Origin: an uncultured delta proteobacterium
GTDB lineage: Bacteria; Myxococcota; Myxococcia; Myxococcales; Anaeromyxobacteraceae
Reading direction: 5' to 3'
DNA length: 64,000 bases
NCBI GenBank assembly: GCA_963845515.1
Contig: CAWJSR010000057.1
Location: 194,812 to 258,811 of the forward strand
The notes beneath the pieces are model-generated. The model worked only from the letters and a program-made list of their open reading frames with translations, was not told where the DNA came from and ran no database searches. How positions within the stretch are numbered: the first letter of the stretch is position 1; the number at the start of each line of letters is the position of its first letter. Below, in pieces: positions 28,801 to 38,872 of the stretch. The position numbers and the translations under genes are program-made.

Positions 28801-28920
28801 GCAGGCCGCTACCAGCTCTGCGCCCTGGCGGGTGAGCTTCACCCCCATCGCCTCGGCCAGCCGCTCCACGCTCATCTCGGTGGCGATGATGTTGCTCGTC
28901 GGCTTCTTCTTCCGGGTCAT
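25867..28920 (-). CDS. CHC2 zinc-finger/TOPRIM primase fused to a P-loop NTPase; multiple frameshifts
   Basis: CPFHGD...[68 protein letters not shown] spread over several frames. Confidence 0.8.
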
Positions 28921-29026
28921 CGGTCACACGGTCCTCTCTCCTCCCGGCCGTGCGGCCGGAGGTCCTGGGGTTGACGGCTAAGGAAACGGGGGCGAGGCGG
29001 ACGCCGGCCCCCGGTGCCGCTCGCGC

Positions 29027-29686
29027 TCAGGCCGGACAGGGCAGCTCGTGCCCCAGCCCGTGCGCTCGACGCTTGCACGGCTTCTTCGTGATGGTGACGC
29101 CGGCCCGGTGGGCCAGTTCGCCGCCGAGCCGCTTCAACCTGGCGAAGACGGCCGAGATGGACGAGTCCATCGCCTCGGCGGTCTCCTGAAGCGTGTGGCC
29201 CTTGTAACGGGCGACGAGCACCGCCCGGTCGCCCTCGGGGAGGGTGCGTGCCCACCTCTCCAGATCGATGGCGCCGATGATCCTCGGCGTCGGATCCTGC
29301 GCCAGCCCGTCGGCGAGGCCGATGACCACGTTCCCGTCCTCCTCGCCGTGCAGATCGCCATCCTCGTCAGGGATCCCGTCGATCCGCAGCAGCTCCAACC
29401 GGCCCCGGTGGTAGTTGCGCGGGTCCATCGCATCCCGCAGCCGCTGCCCGCCCTTCACGAGCTGGCGCCCCAGATCGATGGCTCGCAGCCGGCAGTGGTG
29501 GACGAGCACGGCGTCGTCGAGCATCACCCCGGCCTTCGCCTTCCTTGCGTAGAGCTCGAACGTCAACGCCACCGCCTCGGCCAGCCGCTCCTCGGGGTCG
29601 TTGCCGGTGATGTGCCTGATGACCGGCTTGAAGATCCCCCTGGCTATCTTGTCCGCGAACTGCTCGCTGATCTGCTCGTCGGTCAT
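29027..29686 (-). CDS. ECF sigma factor-like / region-4 HTH regulator
   Basis: C-terminal LPEGDRAVL...GHTLQETAEAMDSSISAVFARLKRL. Confidence 0.6.
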   Translation of the reverse strand: MTDEQISEQFADKIARGIFKPVIRHITGNDPEERLAEAVALTFELYARKAKAGVMLDDAVLVHHCRLRAIDLGRQLVKGGQRLRDAMDPRNYHRGRLELLRIDGIPDEDGDLHGEEDGNVVIGLADGLAQDPTPRIIGAIDLERWARTLPEGDRAVLVARYKGHTLQETAEAMDSSISAVFARLKRLGGELAHRAGVTITKKPCKRRAHGLGHELPCPA

Positions 29687-30193
29687 GGGCTTCTCCGTGC
29701 GCGGACACACGAAGGCCCTGGCCTTGGGTGGCGCGCAGATGCGCCACCAGGCGCGGAACGAGATGCTGTTGGCCGTCAGGCCGGCCTGCGGGACCATCCC
29801 GCCGGCAGACCTTCAGGCGGAGGTCCGGAGAAGACCCGTGCCTCCATCTTCCTTATCCCGAAGCTCTTGCAGGAATTGCAGGTGGGGCGGCCGGTCCCAG
29901 GTGGTCCCCCGAAACTTCGGCGGCCACCACCCCCTCCCCCGCCTGTTCGAGAAGGCCACCCCCGTCTCCCGGATCTGCGAGGCAGCCGGGCGGCTGGTCC
30001 ACCAGCCCGAGAACTGCGGGAGCCGGCAGACCCCCATCACGCGAGGCCGAGCGGTGGGTACCTCTGTCTCCCCCTGGCCGGGGCGTTGCGCGAGATCGAT
30101 AGCCCTAGCGAAAAGCGAGGACGAGCGAACCCGGCGCTGTTCCCACAACGTCCGCCGCTCCGTTACGATCTTGCTGACGAGGAGCGGAACACC

Positions 30194-31171
30194 ATGACGA
30201 GCCCGACCACACCCCCGCCGCAGCCAGCTCGGATCCCGGTTCCGAGCGGCGACATCATCGATCTCTGCCAGAAGCGCGACTTCGCGAAGGAGATGGTCGC
30301 CACGATCTCCCCCGAGAACCTCGTCACGGTCCTCAAGGAGACGAGCGCGCCTCAGTACGACGCCGAGGCGTTCATCCACGAGTTCAAGAAGGTCGCGATG
30401 CCGCAGAGCATCGCGGTCGTCGAGGCAGCTGGGCTCGGGATCACTCCCGACCTCCCCGTGCGCCCGCTCCGCGACATCCTCAAGGCGAACGTCGAGTCGG
30501 TGAAGAGCGCGACGCCGGACGTAGCGCTGTGGCTGTGGGGAGCCCACGCGAAGACCGGAAGGATCCTCTACGCTCAAGCCGGCACGCTGATGCGAGCGCC
30601 CTGGTTCGAGACGCACGTCGTGAGCCGCCCGGACCTGTACGGCGAGAACGACGCTGCCTCGCTCGTGTTGGCGTGGACGAGAGCGAGCGGAGTCACGAAC
30701 GAGAAGACGCTCGTGGCGTTGTGGAAGCTCATCGAGGACCATTACCTCAACCGCCGCCCCGCGCAGGTCTTCGCGAAGCTCGACTTCAACGCCATGCAGT
30801 TCGCGCGCTCCGTCACGGGCGGGGACGCAAAGCTCGCGGTCCTGTTCTTCCGGTGCCTGCAACGGGTTGTCGCCTGGAGCTTCCGAGGCCGCATCCGCTG
30901 GCGGTCGTCATGGCTTCGGGGGCCGGGTGCCGGAGGCGCGGACGCGATCCTGGGCGCTTCAACCGACGGGGCGCGGCTCACCGTGCTTCTGAACCAGCAC
31001 GTCTTCCGGAAGGTGATCGGCCACTCGAAGGGCAAGGGCAGGCCGAAGGCCGCGACCTACGAGATCACCGCCGAGCTGAACGTCGGGAACAACGACGTCA
31101 CCGACATGGCGAGGATGATGGGCGTCGAGCTCGGCGAGGACGGTGCGCCGAAGAGGACGAAGGCGGCGTAG
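30194..31171 (+). CDS. Hypothetical protein, possible Rep with C-terminal winged helix
   Basis: GAGGAG RBS, good codon bias; C-terminal GHSKGKGRPKAATYEI wing-like motif; followed by an iteron-like region. Confidence 0.6.
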   Translation: MTSPTTPPPQPARIPVPSGDIIDLCQKRDFAKEMVATISPENLVTVLKETSAPQYDAEAFIHEFKKVAMPQSIAVVEAAGLGITPDLPVRPLRDILKANVESVKSATPDVALWLWGAHAKTGRILYAQAGTLMRAPWFETHVVSRPDLYGENDAASLVLAWTRASGVTNEKTLVALWKLIEDHYLNRRPAQVFAKLDFNAMQFARSVTGGDAKLAVLFFRCLQRVVAWSFRGRIRWRSSWLRGPGAGGADAILGASTDGARLTVLLNQHVFRKVIGHSKGKGRPKAATYEITAELNVGNNDVTDMARMMGVELGEDGAPKRTKAA

Positions 31172-31204
31172 CCGCCGGAGCCATCGAGGGAGCGCCTCGA
31201 TTGT

Positions 31205-31489
31205 CCTCTATATGCTGTAATCAATAGCCCCTCTTCTTCGAGAGAGAGGACTCGTTGGTCCTCTCTCTTACTGTACTCTATATGTTGTAATTACATTATA
31301 TAGAGTACATAGAAGAGGAATGATTGAGAGATGTTGCAGGAGATCTCTCGAATCATTGAGGGGCACAACAGAGGCCCTATCCTCGTCGAGAAGAGGAACT
31401 CAATTACACCATATAGAGGGCAGCCCCTCGCCGATAGAGGTTCGTGCTCTCGCAGAGAAGAGGGGCCACCGATTACAGCATATAGAGGG
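31205..31489. repeat. AT-rich region with five copies of a 16-bp motif CTCTATATRNTGTAAT (2 forward, 3 reverse) and a central palindrome; candidate origin
   Basis: Forward copies 31206-21 and 31276-91; reverse copies 31290-305, 31403-18 and 31472-87; imperfect palindrome 31272-31309. Confidence 0.8.
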
Positions 31490-31506
31490 CATGCCGCACC
31501 GCGATC

Positions 31507-32388
31507 TCACCGACCTTCGCCCCGACCCACCACCCGCAGTTCCAGCGGGATTGGCTCCACCCTCTCGCCCTCCTTCGCTGGCGCCGCCAGCTCGCGGAGG
31601 AGCTTGAGGTTCGAGAGGTGGCCGCCGAGCTCCCTGCTGAGCCGAGCACGGTGGCGATCCAGGAGCTGGGCGTCGGCATCGTCCCCGAGCAGCACGCTGT
31701 CGGCCAGCCGCTCCCGCTCGGCGACGACCTCGACCTCCAGCTCGGCGATCTTCTCCAACAGCGCCTGCTCCGCGTACCGGGCGGCCTTCGCCAGGGTCTG
31801 GAAGGACTGCGGCTCGACGTCCGTGTAGGACTCGGCGACGAGGACCGTGACCGCCTGGTCGAAGGCGGCGACGATCACCATCGGGATCTCCGTCTTCCCG
31901 AGCAGCTCCGACACGAACCGGAGCCCCGTGGCGATCTTGCTGACGCTCTCGGAGGGCCTCGGCGTCGTGACCTCCTCCGCCAGCACCACGACGCTTCGGA
32001 TCGCCTGGAGGGCCTCCTGGGCCGTCTGGCGGGCCTTCACGGGGGCGGACTCGGCCAGCTTCCTCTCCAGCGCCGAGTTCACCAGCCGCTCCTCCAGCCG
32101 GGAGAGCCTCCCCATCCTCCAGCCGACGTCTGCCACCCGTGCCACGAGTTGCCCCTCGCCAGGAGAGCGGGGCAGGAGGGTCGTGAACCACCCTGCCAGG
32201 TTCCCCTCGTACTCCTCGGCCCGCTCGGACGGGAGCAAGACGCCGCGAGAGGCGAGGCCGTGGGTGGTTCCGTTGGCGGAGCTGATCGCCTTCCCGGTCG
32301 GCGTGACCGGACCGGTGCTGGTGGTCCCGTTGGTCTTCGAGGCGGCGGCCTGGGCAGGAGATCGGGGCGAGGTTGTGGGCGTGTCCAT
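31507..32388 (-). CDS. Hypothetical MGE protein with STGP.T..GK..SS.N...HGL motif (HGGxSTG-related)
   Basis: NGTTSTGPVTPTGKAISSANGTTHGL followed by a helical region. Confidence 0.65.
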   Translation of the reverse strand: MDTPTTSPRSPAQAAASKTNGTTSTGPVTPTGKAISSANGTTHGLASRGVLLPSERAEEYEGNLAGWFTTLLPRSPGEGQLVARVADVGWRMGRLSRLEERLVNSALERKLAESAPVKARQTAQEALQAIRSVVVLAEEVTTPRPSESVSKIATGLRFVSELLGKTEIPMVIVAAFDQAVTVLVAESYTDVEPQSFQTLAKAARYAEQALLEKIAELEVEVVAERERLADSVLLGDDADAQLLDRHRARLSRELGGHLSNLKLLRELAAPAKEGERVEPIPLELRVVGRGEGR

Positions 32389-32594
32389 GCTCACGAGGAT
32401 CCCCCCGGTGATCGACCTGTGTGTCGCCACCGGGGTCCTGGGGCCCCTCTATCACCGGAATCACCGGGGACCCGGGGACCGTCCGGTGGCGCGGAGGCAC
32501 ACCTCCTCCCGGCGTCGCGCCGCGCGGCGGCGTGAACGGGCCCCGCTCGGCGGCGGCCGGATGAGCGTCTGCCTTCCGGAGAGGGTGGAGCCGG

Positions 32595-33349
32595 TCAGGT
32601 CGGCGCGTGCGGGCGGTACCCCTTTCCGTCCATCACGAAGCGCTCGGAGCGCTCGGTGAGGCGCTCGGCGATGACCTGGGCGTTGAGCGCGTCGGGGAAG
32701 ACCTTCGGCCAGTCCTTGAAGGGCCGGTTGGTGGTGATGGCGGTCGAGCGGCGGTGGTCGTAGCGCTCGGAGATGACCTGGAAGGCGAGCTTGGCCTGGG
32801 ACGGGTCCATGGCGAGGACGGCGAAGTCGTCGATGACGAGCAGCTCGGCGCGCGTGTACTTGCGCAGGACGCGGTCGAGCCGGCCGTGCAGCTCGGCGCC
32901 GTGGAGGTCGTTGAGCATCCTCGGCGCGCTGACGAGGACGACGCGGCGGTTCGCCTGGCAGGCGCGGTAGGCGAGCGCGCGGGCGAGGAAGGTCTTGCCG
33001 GTGCCGGGGGTGCCGATGAAGAGCGGGTTGATGCCCTTGTCGAGGAAGGCGAGGTCGTGGAGCGCGAGGTAGCGCGCGCGCGAGCTTCTTGCGGCACGGG
33101 GCAGAAGTCGAAGTCGAAGGCGTCGACGGTGTTGATCTCGGGGAAGCGGGCGTCGCGGATGCGCCGGTCGACGGCGCTGCGCGAGGCGGCTCGCCTTCTC
33201 CTCGTCGCAGAGCCGGTCGACGACCTCGAGGGCGGAGAGGTTCTCCTTGGCCGCCTTCGTCGAGCGATCGGCCGCAGCTGCTCGGCCATGCCGGGCAGGC
33301 GGAGCCAGCGCAGCTTCTGGGCGACCAGCGAGATCTCGTCGTCCTTCAC
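32595..33349 (-). CDS. istB: IS21 helper ATPase IstB (frameshifted)
   Basis: GTPGTGKT, LLVIDDFA, ITTNRPF, ERL...GKGYR. Confidence 0.88.
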
Positions 33350-34877
33350 GGCTGCGCTCCCGTCGAGGTTCGGCTCGCCCGGGTCGCGCGTCATGCGCGG
33401 CGGGACGAGCTGGTCGTAGACGGCGAGGTCGGGCTCGCGGAAGGCGAGCGCGTCGAGCTCGGGATCGCCGAGGCGGAGCGGCGCGGGCGCGGGCGTCAGC
33501 CCCTTCTTGTGGCGCAGGACGTACTCGACGTACTCGGCGCCGACGTGGCCGGTGGCCATCACCTCGTCCATCGCCGCGGCGCGTGGCGCTCTCGCCGAAG
33601 AGCTCGACGAGGAGGACGAGCCGCACGGTCTCGCGCTGGATGGAGCGGCTGCCCGGCGGCGAAGATCTTGAAGTAGCGCGCGCCGACCTCGCCGAGGCCG
33701 TCGAGGCCCGGCGGGCAGCCGCCAGCGGCGGCGCGCGGCTTCTGCGCGAGGACGCCGTCGTCGTGGCTCGTCGTGCTCGACGTCCTCGCCGACGCCCCAG
33801 CAGCGGCGGTGGACGGCGACCTGCTTGGGCCCGAGGAAGACGGCGACCCTGTCGTCGGTGCCGCGGACCAGGACCGACTGGCCGACGAGGCGCGACGGCA
33901 CGGAGTAGCGGTTGCGGTCGAAGGTGACGCGGAAGCTCTTGGTGACGCTCGCGGCGATCGACCTCGTCGGTGTCGAAGGGCGTCGCCAGCGAGCGGCTTC
34001 AGGAGCGCGCTTCTCCTCGTGCTCGAAGACGAGGGAGGGGACCTTGCCGGTCACCTCGTGGACGCGGTTGTTGGCGAAGTCGTCGCGCCACGCCGTCGCC
34101 TGGACGTTGAGGTCGAGCAGGTCGGCGAAGCGGCGGCCCGGCCAGAAGCGCTCGCGGACGAAGCCGATCGGGCGCTCGACGCGCCCCTTCTCGTTCCCCT
34201 TGCCGGGGTTGCAGGCGACGCCGGCGAAGCCGCGGGCGGCGGCGTACTGCAGGAAGCGCGGGTTGAAGATCTGGTGCTTCGGGTCCTGACACCACCGTCT
34301 TCATGTTGTCGAAGATGTCGACGACGGTGGTGCCGCCGAAGAAGCGCGAGCCCGCGCTCCAGGCAGCGCAGGAACGAGCCCATCGACTGGCTGAGGGTGA
34401 ACTCGATGTAGAGGTAGCGCGAGTAGCAGAGCGCCATCACGAAGGCGCTCACGCGGCGCGGGCAGCCGGGGAGCGCGAAGCCGAAGTCGGCCCAGTCGAC
34501 CTGCACCGCCTCGCCCGGGGCGAAGTCGAGCGTGAGGAACGCCTCGCGCTGACCGCCGCGGCCGGAGCTTGCGGAGCTGGTCGCGCAGGATGGTGACGCC
34601 GCCCGTGTAGCCGAGCGGGCGCAGCCGCTCGAGGACCGCCGGCGCCTTCATCTCCGGCGTCTCGCCGGAGCAGGTCGCGGATGACCGGCATGTACGGGTC
34701 GAGGATCGACTTGCGCGCCTCCTGCTTCGGACGCGGCTTGGGGCGATCCTTGCCGAGCATCCGGCGCACGGTCTTCCGCGACATCGAGAGGCGTCGCGCG
34801 ATGGTCCGCACGCCGAGCCCCTCCGCGTAGGCGAGCCGGAGCACCTCCGCCGCGCGGTCCTGGCTATCCGTCGTCAT
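33346..34877 (-). CDS. istA: IS21 transposase IstA (several frameshifts)
   Basis: IARRLSMSRKTVRR, GYTGG, QVDWADFG, LCYSRY, DNMK, KGRVER, FDRNRYSVP. Confidence 0.85.
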
Positions 34878-35154
34878 CCGAGTCCTCCGCGACCTCGAAC
34901 TCGACGGTGACGTGGCGCTCCGGGGCCTCCGCGAGCGCGTCGGCCCAGACCTCGAGCCAGCACGCCGACCCTCCCGCAGAGAGCACAGCGTGCAGCGGCC
35001 GGCCGCTCCAGTAGACGAGCAGCGAGAGCAGTTGGTGCAGCGCGGACGGCGGCAACGCCGTCGGCAGCGTGCCCTCCAGCCGGAAGCGCGTCCGCTCCTC
35101 GGAGTTCGTCGGCGAGAGGCGCAGCGTGATCCGGTCCCTGGCTCGTCTCGGCAT
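34864..35154 (-). CDS. IS21 passenger hypothetical protein
   Basis: Clean 96-aa ORF overlapping the istA start. Confidence 0.55.
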   Translation of the reverse strand: MPRRARDRITLRLSPTNSEERTRFRLEGTLPTALPPSALHQLLSLLVYWSGRPLHAVLSAGGSACWLEVWADALAEAPERHVTVEFEVAEDSDDDG

Positions 35155-35169
35155 GCGGGGCGAGGAGGA

Positions 35170-35453
35170 CCACGGCGGCGGCCACCTCGGAACCGTGATC
35201 CCCCACGCTCGCACGCCGGCGGGCGCGCCGGGCGCGCTCGCGATCGCGATGATCGGCCCGTCCTTCCGCGCGACCTGCGGTGTCGGCGCCGAGCCGCCCG
35301 GACGTAGTCCTTTCGCGCAAGGCAGGAGCACTCGGCGCAGCAGTACGCGTGGCCCCGATCGCACGACCGGCAGACCTCGAACGTGGCGCGGCAGCGGCCG
35401 CAACGTCGGCGTCGAATCTCCTCCACCCGGCGGAGCCGGTGGGAACTCGACAC
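35170..35453 (-). CDS. IS21 passenger Cys-rich (Zn-finger-like) basic protein; boundaries approximate, frameshifted
   Basis: CGRCRATFEVCRSCDRGHAYCCAEC...GRADHRDRERARR. Confidence 0.55.
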
Positions 35454-35596
35454 CGGGAGGGGACTCCCGCATGATCGCGACCGAGATCAGCGGCTCTTCC
35501 ACCCGCGGGGCGATCCGGTTGGCGCCGGATCGCCCGTCTCACCTCACTCCGCCGCCGAGCCTCCGTCCCAGCGGCCCACGCCGCCAGTTTCCGGCC

Positions 35597-35930
35597 ATGC
35601 TCATCGTCGACATCCGCCACTGGCTCACTGACGACCTGAGCCTCCCGGACGATCCCCCGCGCCTACGCCGCAACGCGCTGCGCATCGCCTCCTTCATCGA
35701 GTACGGCGGGCCGCTTCAGCAGCTTCGACGGCCGCGAGACGCTCGTTCCGTGCAAGCACCGCCCCCGCCGCAAGCCGTGCCCCGGCCTGATGTGGGTGAT
35801 GAAGCGGGACGACGACCGCATCGAGGCCTTCTGCTTCGTCTGCAGGGAGACGGAGGCCATCATCTCAGGCTGGCAGGAGACCGAGTGGGCAGAGGGCCCG
35901 ATGGAGCCCGCGCCTATGAAGGGCGACTGA
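35597..35930 (+). CDS. IS21 passenger hypothetical Zn-ribbon protein
   Basis: MLIVDIRHWL...CKHRPRRKPCPG...CFVC...SGWQETEW; the frameshift near 35720 is absent in the mirror copy. Confidence 0.65.
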
Positions 35931-36088
35931 CCGGGGCCCGGGTCCCCGGTGATTCCGGTGGAAAAGGGACCCTCGGAGGCCGGTGGCAACAACCTGTGGG
36001 AAGGACGAAGGCGCGAGCCAAGGAGGTGATGGTCCTCGGGATAAGCCCGGAGAGCGCGATCCCCGCGCTCGTCACCGGGGAGATCATC

Positions 36089-36688
36089 ATGACCGCCGTC
36101 GCCTACCTGCGCGTCTCCAGCCGCGCCCAGGACTTCGCCACGCAGAAGAGCGCCATCGAGAGGGCCGCCACCGCCAGGGGCGACGCCATCACCGACTGGA
36201 GGGCCGAGAAGAGGTCCGGAAAGACCCTCGCCCGGCCCGAGCTGGACCGTCTCCGGGCTGATGCCCGTGCCGGCAACGTCAGGAAGCTCTACGTCTTCAA
36301 GCTCGACCGGCTCACCCGCTCCGGCATCCGCGACACCTTCGAGGTGATCGAGGAACTGCGCGCTCACGGGGTGGAGCTGGTCTCCGTCTCCGACGGCTTC
36401 GCCCTCGACGGCCCGGCGGCGGAGGTGGTCCTCGCCGTGATGGCGTGGGCGGCCAAGATGGAGCGGCTGGCGATCAACGAGAGGATCTCGGCCGCCAGGG
36501 AGCGCGTGGAGGCCGAGGGCCGCGCATGGGGCCGCCCGCGCAAGGTCGATCACCGTGCGCGGGAGAAGATCGTCGCCATGAAGACCGCCGGGAAGAGCAT
36601 CCGGGAGATCGCCATGGCGATGAAGATCCCCAAGTCCACCGTGGCGAGGGTGCTGTCCCAGAATCCTCGCGCTCGTGACGTCAGGTAA
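36089..36688 (+). CDS. Serine resolvase/invertase with C-terminal HTH
   Basis: YLRVSS, RSG...RPEL, KLDRLTRS, ERI...GRP, SIREIA..MKIPKSTV. Confidence 0.93.
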   Translation: MTAVAYLRVSSRAQDFATQKSAIERAATARGDAITDWRAEKRSGKTLARPELDRLRADARAGNVRKLYVFKLDRLTRSGIRDTFEVIEELRAHGVELVSVSDGFALDGPAAEVVLAVMAWAAKMERLAINERISAARERVEAEGRAWGRPRKVDHRAREKIVAMKTAGKSIREIAMAMKIPKSTVARVLSQNPRARDVR

Positions 36689-36707
36689 CCCCGGGATCCG
36701 CCTTGGC

Positions 36708-37160
36708 CTACCGGGGGGCGTCCCGGTTGTCTACTTCCGGGACACCGCGCGGACCCTTTGGGCCACGGAAGTATTCCTGTACGTCCTTGCGCCCCAACAA
36801 GAAGAAGCCGAGGCCCGCAAGCACGACGAGAGTGAAGACGGCTGACGGGATCGAAAGTGGAGTCGGGCCGCCTCGCACACGCGCGACTAGGGGTGGGCTT
36901 GCGTTGGCCGTGATCCATCCGACCAGGAACAGCCAAGCGCCGATCCTGCGGCGCTGGAGCATCAACACGGCTGCCATCGGCGTCGGCAGTACAGAACAGG
37001 CCACGATCCATCTCGCGCTGCCGGACCACCACGCCGCCCCGCCAGCCGAACCAGCAGAGCCGCCCGGAATCACCAGCAGCACGGGCAAGAGGGCTGTGGC
37101 GAGCCCATACAAGGTGAGCCACTTCAAGGTCTTGGGCATTAGACCGAAGTTCTTGAACAT
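36708..37160 (-). CDS. Putative membrane immunity protein (about 4 TM)
   Basis: Directly downstream of the orphan Rhs tip; hydrophobic. Confidence 0.7.
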   Translation of the reverse strand: MFKNFGLMPKTLKWLTLYGLATALLPVLLVIPGGSAGSAGGAAWWSGSARWIVACSVLPTPMAAVLMLQRRRIGAWLFLVGWITANASPPLVARVRGGPTPLSIPSAVFTLVVLAGLGFFLLGRKDVQEYFRGPKGPRGVPEVDNRDAPR

Positions 37161-37172
37161 GTGGCACGCTCC

Positions 37173-38628
37173 CTATTGATGCCCAGCAATCTCAAATCCA
37201 ATGGTCCAGCCAGCGCCAAACTCGGCATTGGACTTGGCATTCGGATCTCTGGTCCAACTGTTCGTGAACCAGTTCTCCTCGCTGTAACTCTGCGCGCCCG
37301 ACCAGTCGTAAAGGGGCCACAGGCGACCCGATGCCGGCAGATCCACTCCCCCGCCCGCGTCGAGAAGGTTGAAAGCGAGCGGTCCCAAACTGATCCCCCC
37401 GCCTAGGCGAGTTCCGAACGACGTCCCAGGGCCGCACTCCTTCACCTGGCCAGCCCCGGGCCTACGGCCTTCGGGATCCCAGCCGATGCTGTAGTCCAGG
37501 CCAACGCCGAGTCGCTCACCCCAGAACCACTTGTCCGTTTCGGGATCCTGCCCAAAGAACAGGGCCATTCCGTATCCGCTGTAGAAGGACAGGGTGAAGG
37601 ACCAGAGCCCCCGCCAATCCGTCCACCTCAGCGGATTCCCCTCCGCATACCCGTACCAGTTGGGCCCGTAGAACCCGTTGAACCCACCCGCCTTCGCAAT
37701 CGGGTCGAGCTCCAGGTACCTCCCCACGGAGGGCAGGTACCACCGGTTCCAGTTGTAGTACGGACCCTGGAGCCCGAGGCTCCCGAGCAACCTCTCGTCG
37801 TACTGCCCCGGCAGCCGCAGGTTCGTCACGACCGTTAGCCCTGAGACGCTGTCCGTGAATGTCGTTTCCCCGATGTCCCCGTACGGCCGCGCCGTCGCGC
37901 TCCAGACCGTCTGCCCATTGGCGTTCGTCAGCGCCCGCGGTAGCCCAATGCTGTCAACGTGCACCGCGTACGTGTTCCGCTCCGCGTCGCTCGGGTGCTC
38001 TTCCTGCGCCACTGGCCGCCCATCCAGCCAGACGTACTCCCTCACGGTCCGCCACGGGCTCGCCGGAACACCAGTCCGCTCGTACTCACCGATAGTCTCC
38101 CCGCCCGGCAGGAACGAGAAGTACGTCTTCTTCCCCGTCGCGCCGTCGGTCCTCGCGACGCGCCGGTTCATCGCGTCGTACTCGAACCGCGCCACCACCG
38201 ACGTCACGGCCGCTTCCGTCCGACATGCGAGCACGTCCGGCCCGCCGGAACCCGGCGCCGCATTCCCGACCAGCACCAGCCTTCCCAGCGCATCGTGCAC
38301 CATGCAGACCGTCTGCGTGATGCTCGTCCCCGCAGGGTCGTAGGTCGAGATGGAGGAGAGGTTGCTCTGGTCGTCGTATCCGTACGCTTGCCGCCGGACC
38401 GAGGGGATCCCCATCGTCCAGGCAGCGATGAGCCTGTCGCCGGCATACTCGTAGCGGAGCGACTCTCCCGTTCCGTGGCCGGGCACGAAAGCAGTCAGGC
38501 GGTCGAGGTGGTCGTAGGTGAAGCCAGTCGAGGCGGTGCCCTGGACTACCCCGGCCACGTCTCCCGCAGGACTCATGCCGTACAGCAGGCTCAGTGGGCC
38601 GCTCACCACCGCCTCGGGTTCGTACCGA
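37173..38628 (-). pseudogene. Orphan Rhs module (about 0.95 kb duplicated core + different toxin tip)
   Basis: 37690-38628 near-identical to 39310-40247; NPLRWTDWRGL then a unique Gly/aromatic-rich C-terminus. Confidence 0.9.
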
Positions 38629-38665
38629 CCAGCCGTGTCGTCACTACCGCCGGCCTCGGGCTCTG

Positions 38666-38869
38666 TTAGCGCGTCACTCCCCTCACTATTAGACCTATTC
38701 CGACCAGAATGGACATAATCATCGATACTACTGGAACCGACTCGCCCAGATCGAGCCTCCAGACTCGCCGCTGGAAGTCAGCGATCAATCGCCCGAACGG
38801 CCGCGAGAGGAAGATAAGCAGGACACCCAGCAGTATATTGAAGCCCGCAATCGGCGTCATCGGTGCCAT
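38666..38869 (-). CDS. Cognate immunity protein of the main Rhs (2 TM)
   Basis: Starts 3 nt after the Rhs stop, lower GC, homologous to 21988..22212. Confidence 0.75.
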   Translation of the reverse strand: MAPMTPIAGFNILLGVLLIFLSRPFGRLIADFQRRVWRLDLGESVPVVSMIMSILVGIGLIVRGVTR

Positions 38870-38872
38870 CCC

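Larger units (their letters stand above)
32422..35991 (-). mobile_element. IS21-family element (3570 bp) with three passenger ORFs
   Basis: About 55-bp imperfect terminal IRs (TGTCGCCACCGG... / ...CCGGTGGCAACA) and a 7-bp target duplication ACCTGTG at 32415-21 and 35992-98. Confidence 0.9.

Noticed and set aside
29048..30193. Long N-terminal extension of the 707-aa ORF, and other long antisense ORFs (e.g. 536..2275, 11023..12897, 16604..19294)
   Set aside because: Shadow frames of real genes in high-GC DNA, Arg/Pro/Ala-rich and without motifs.
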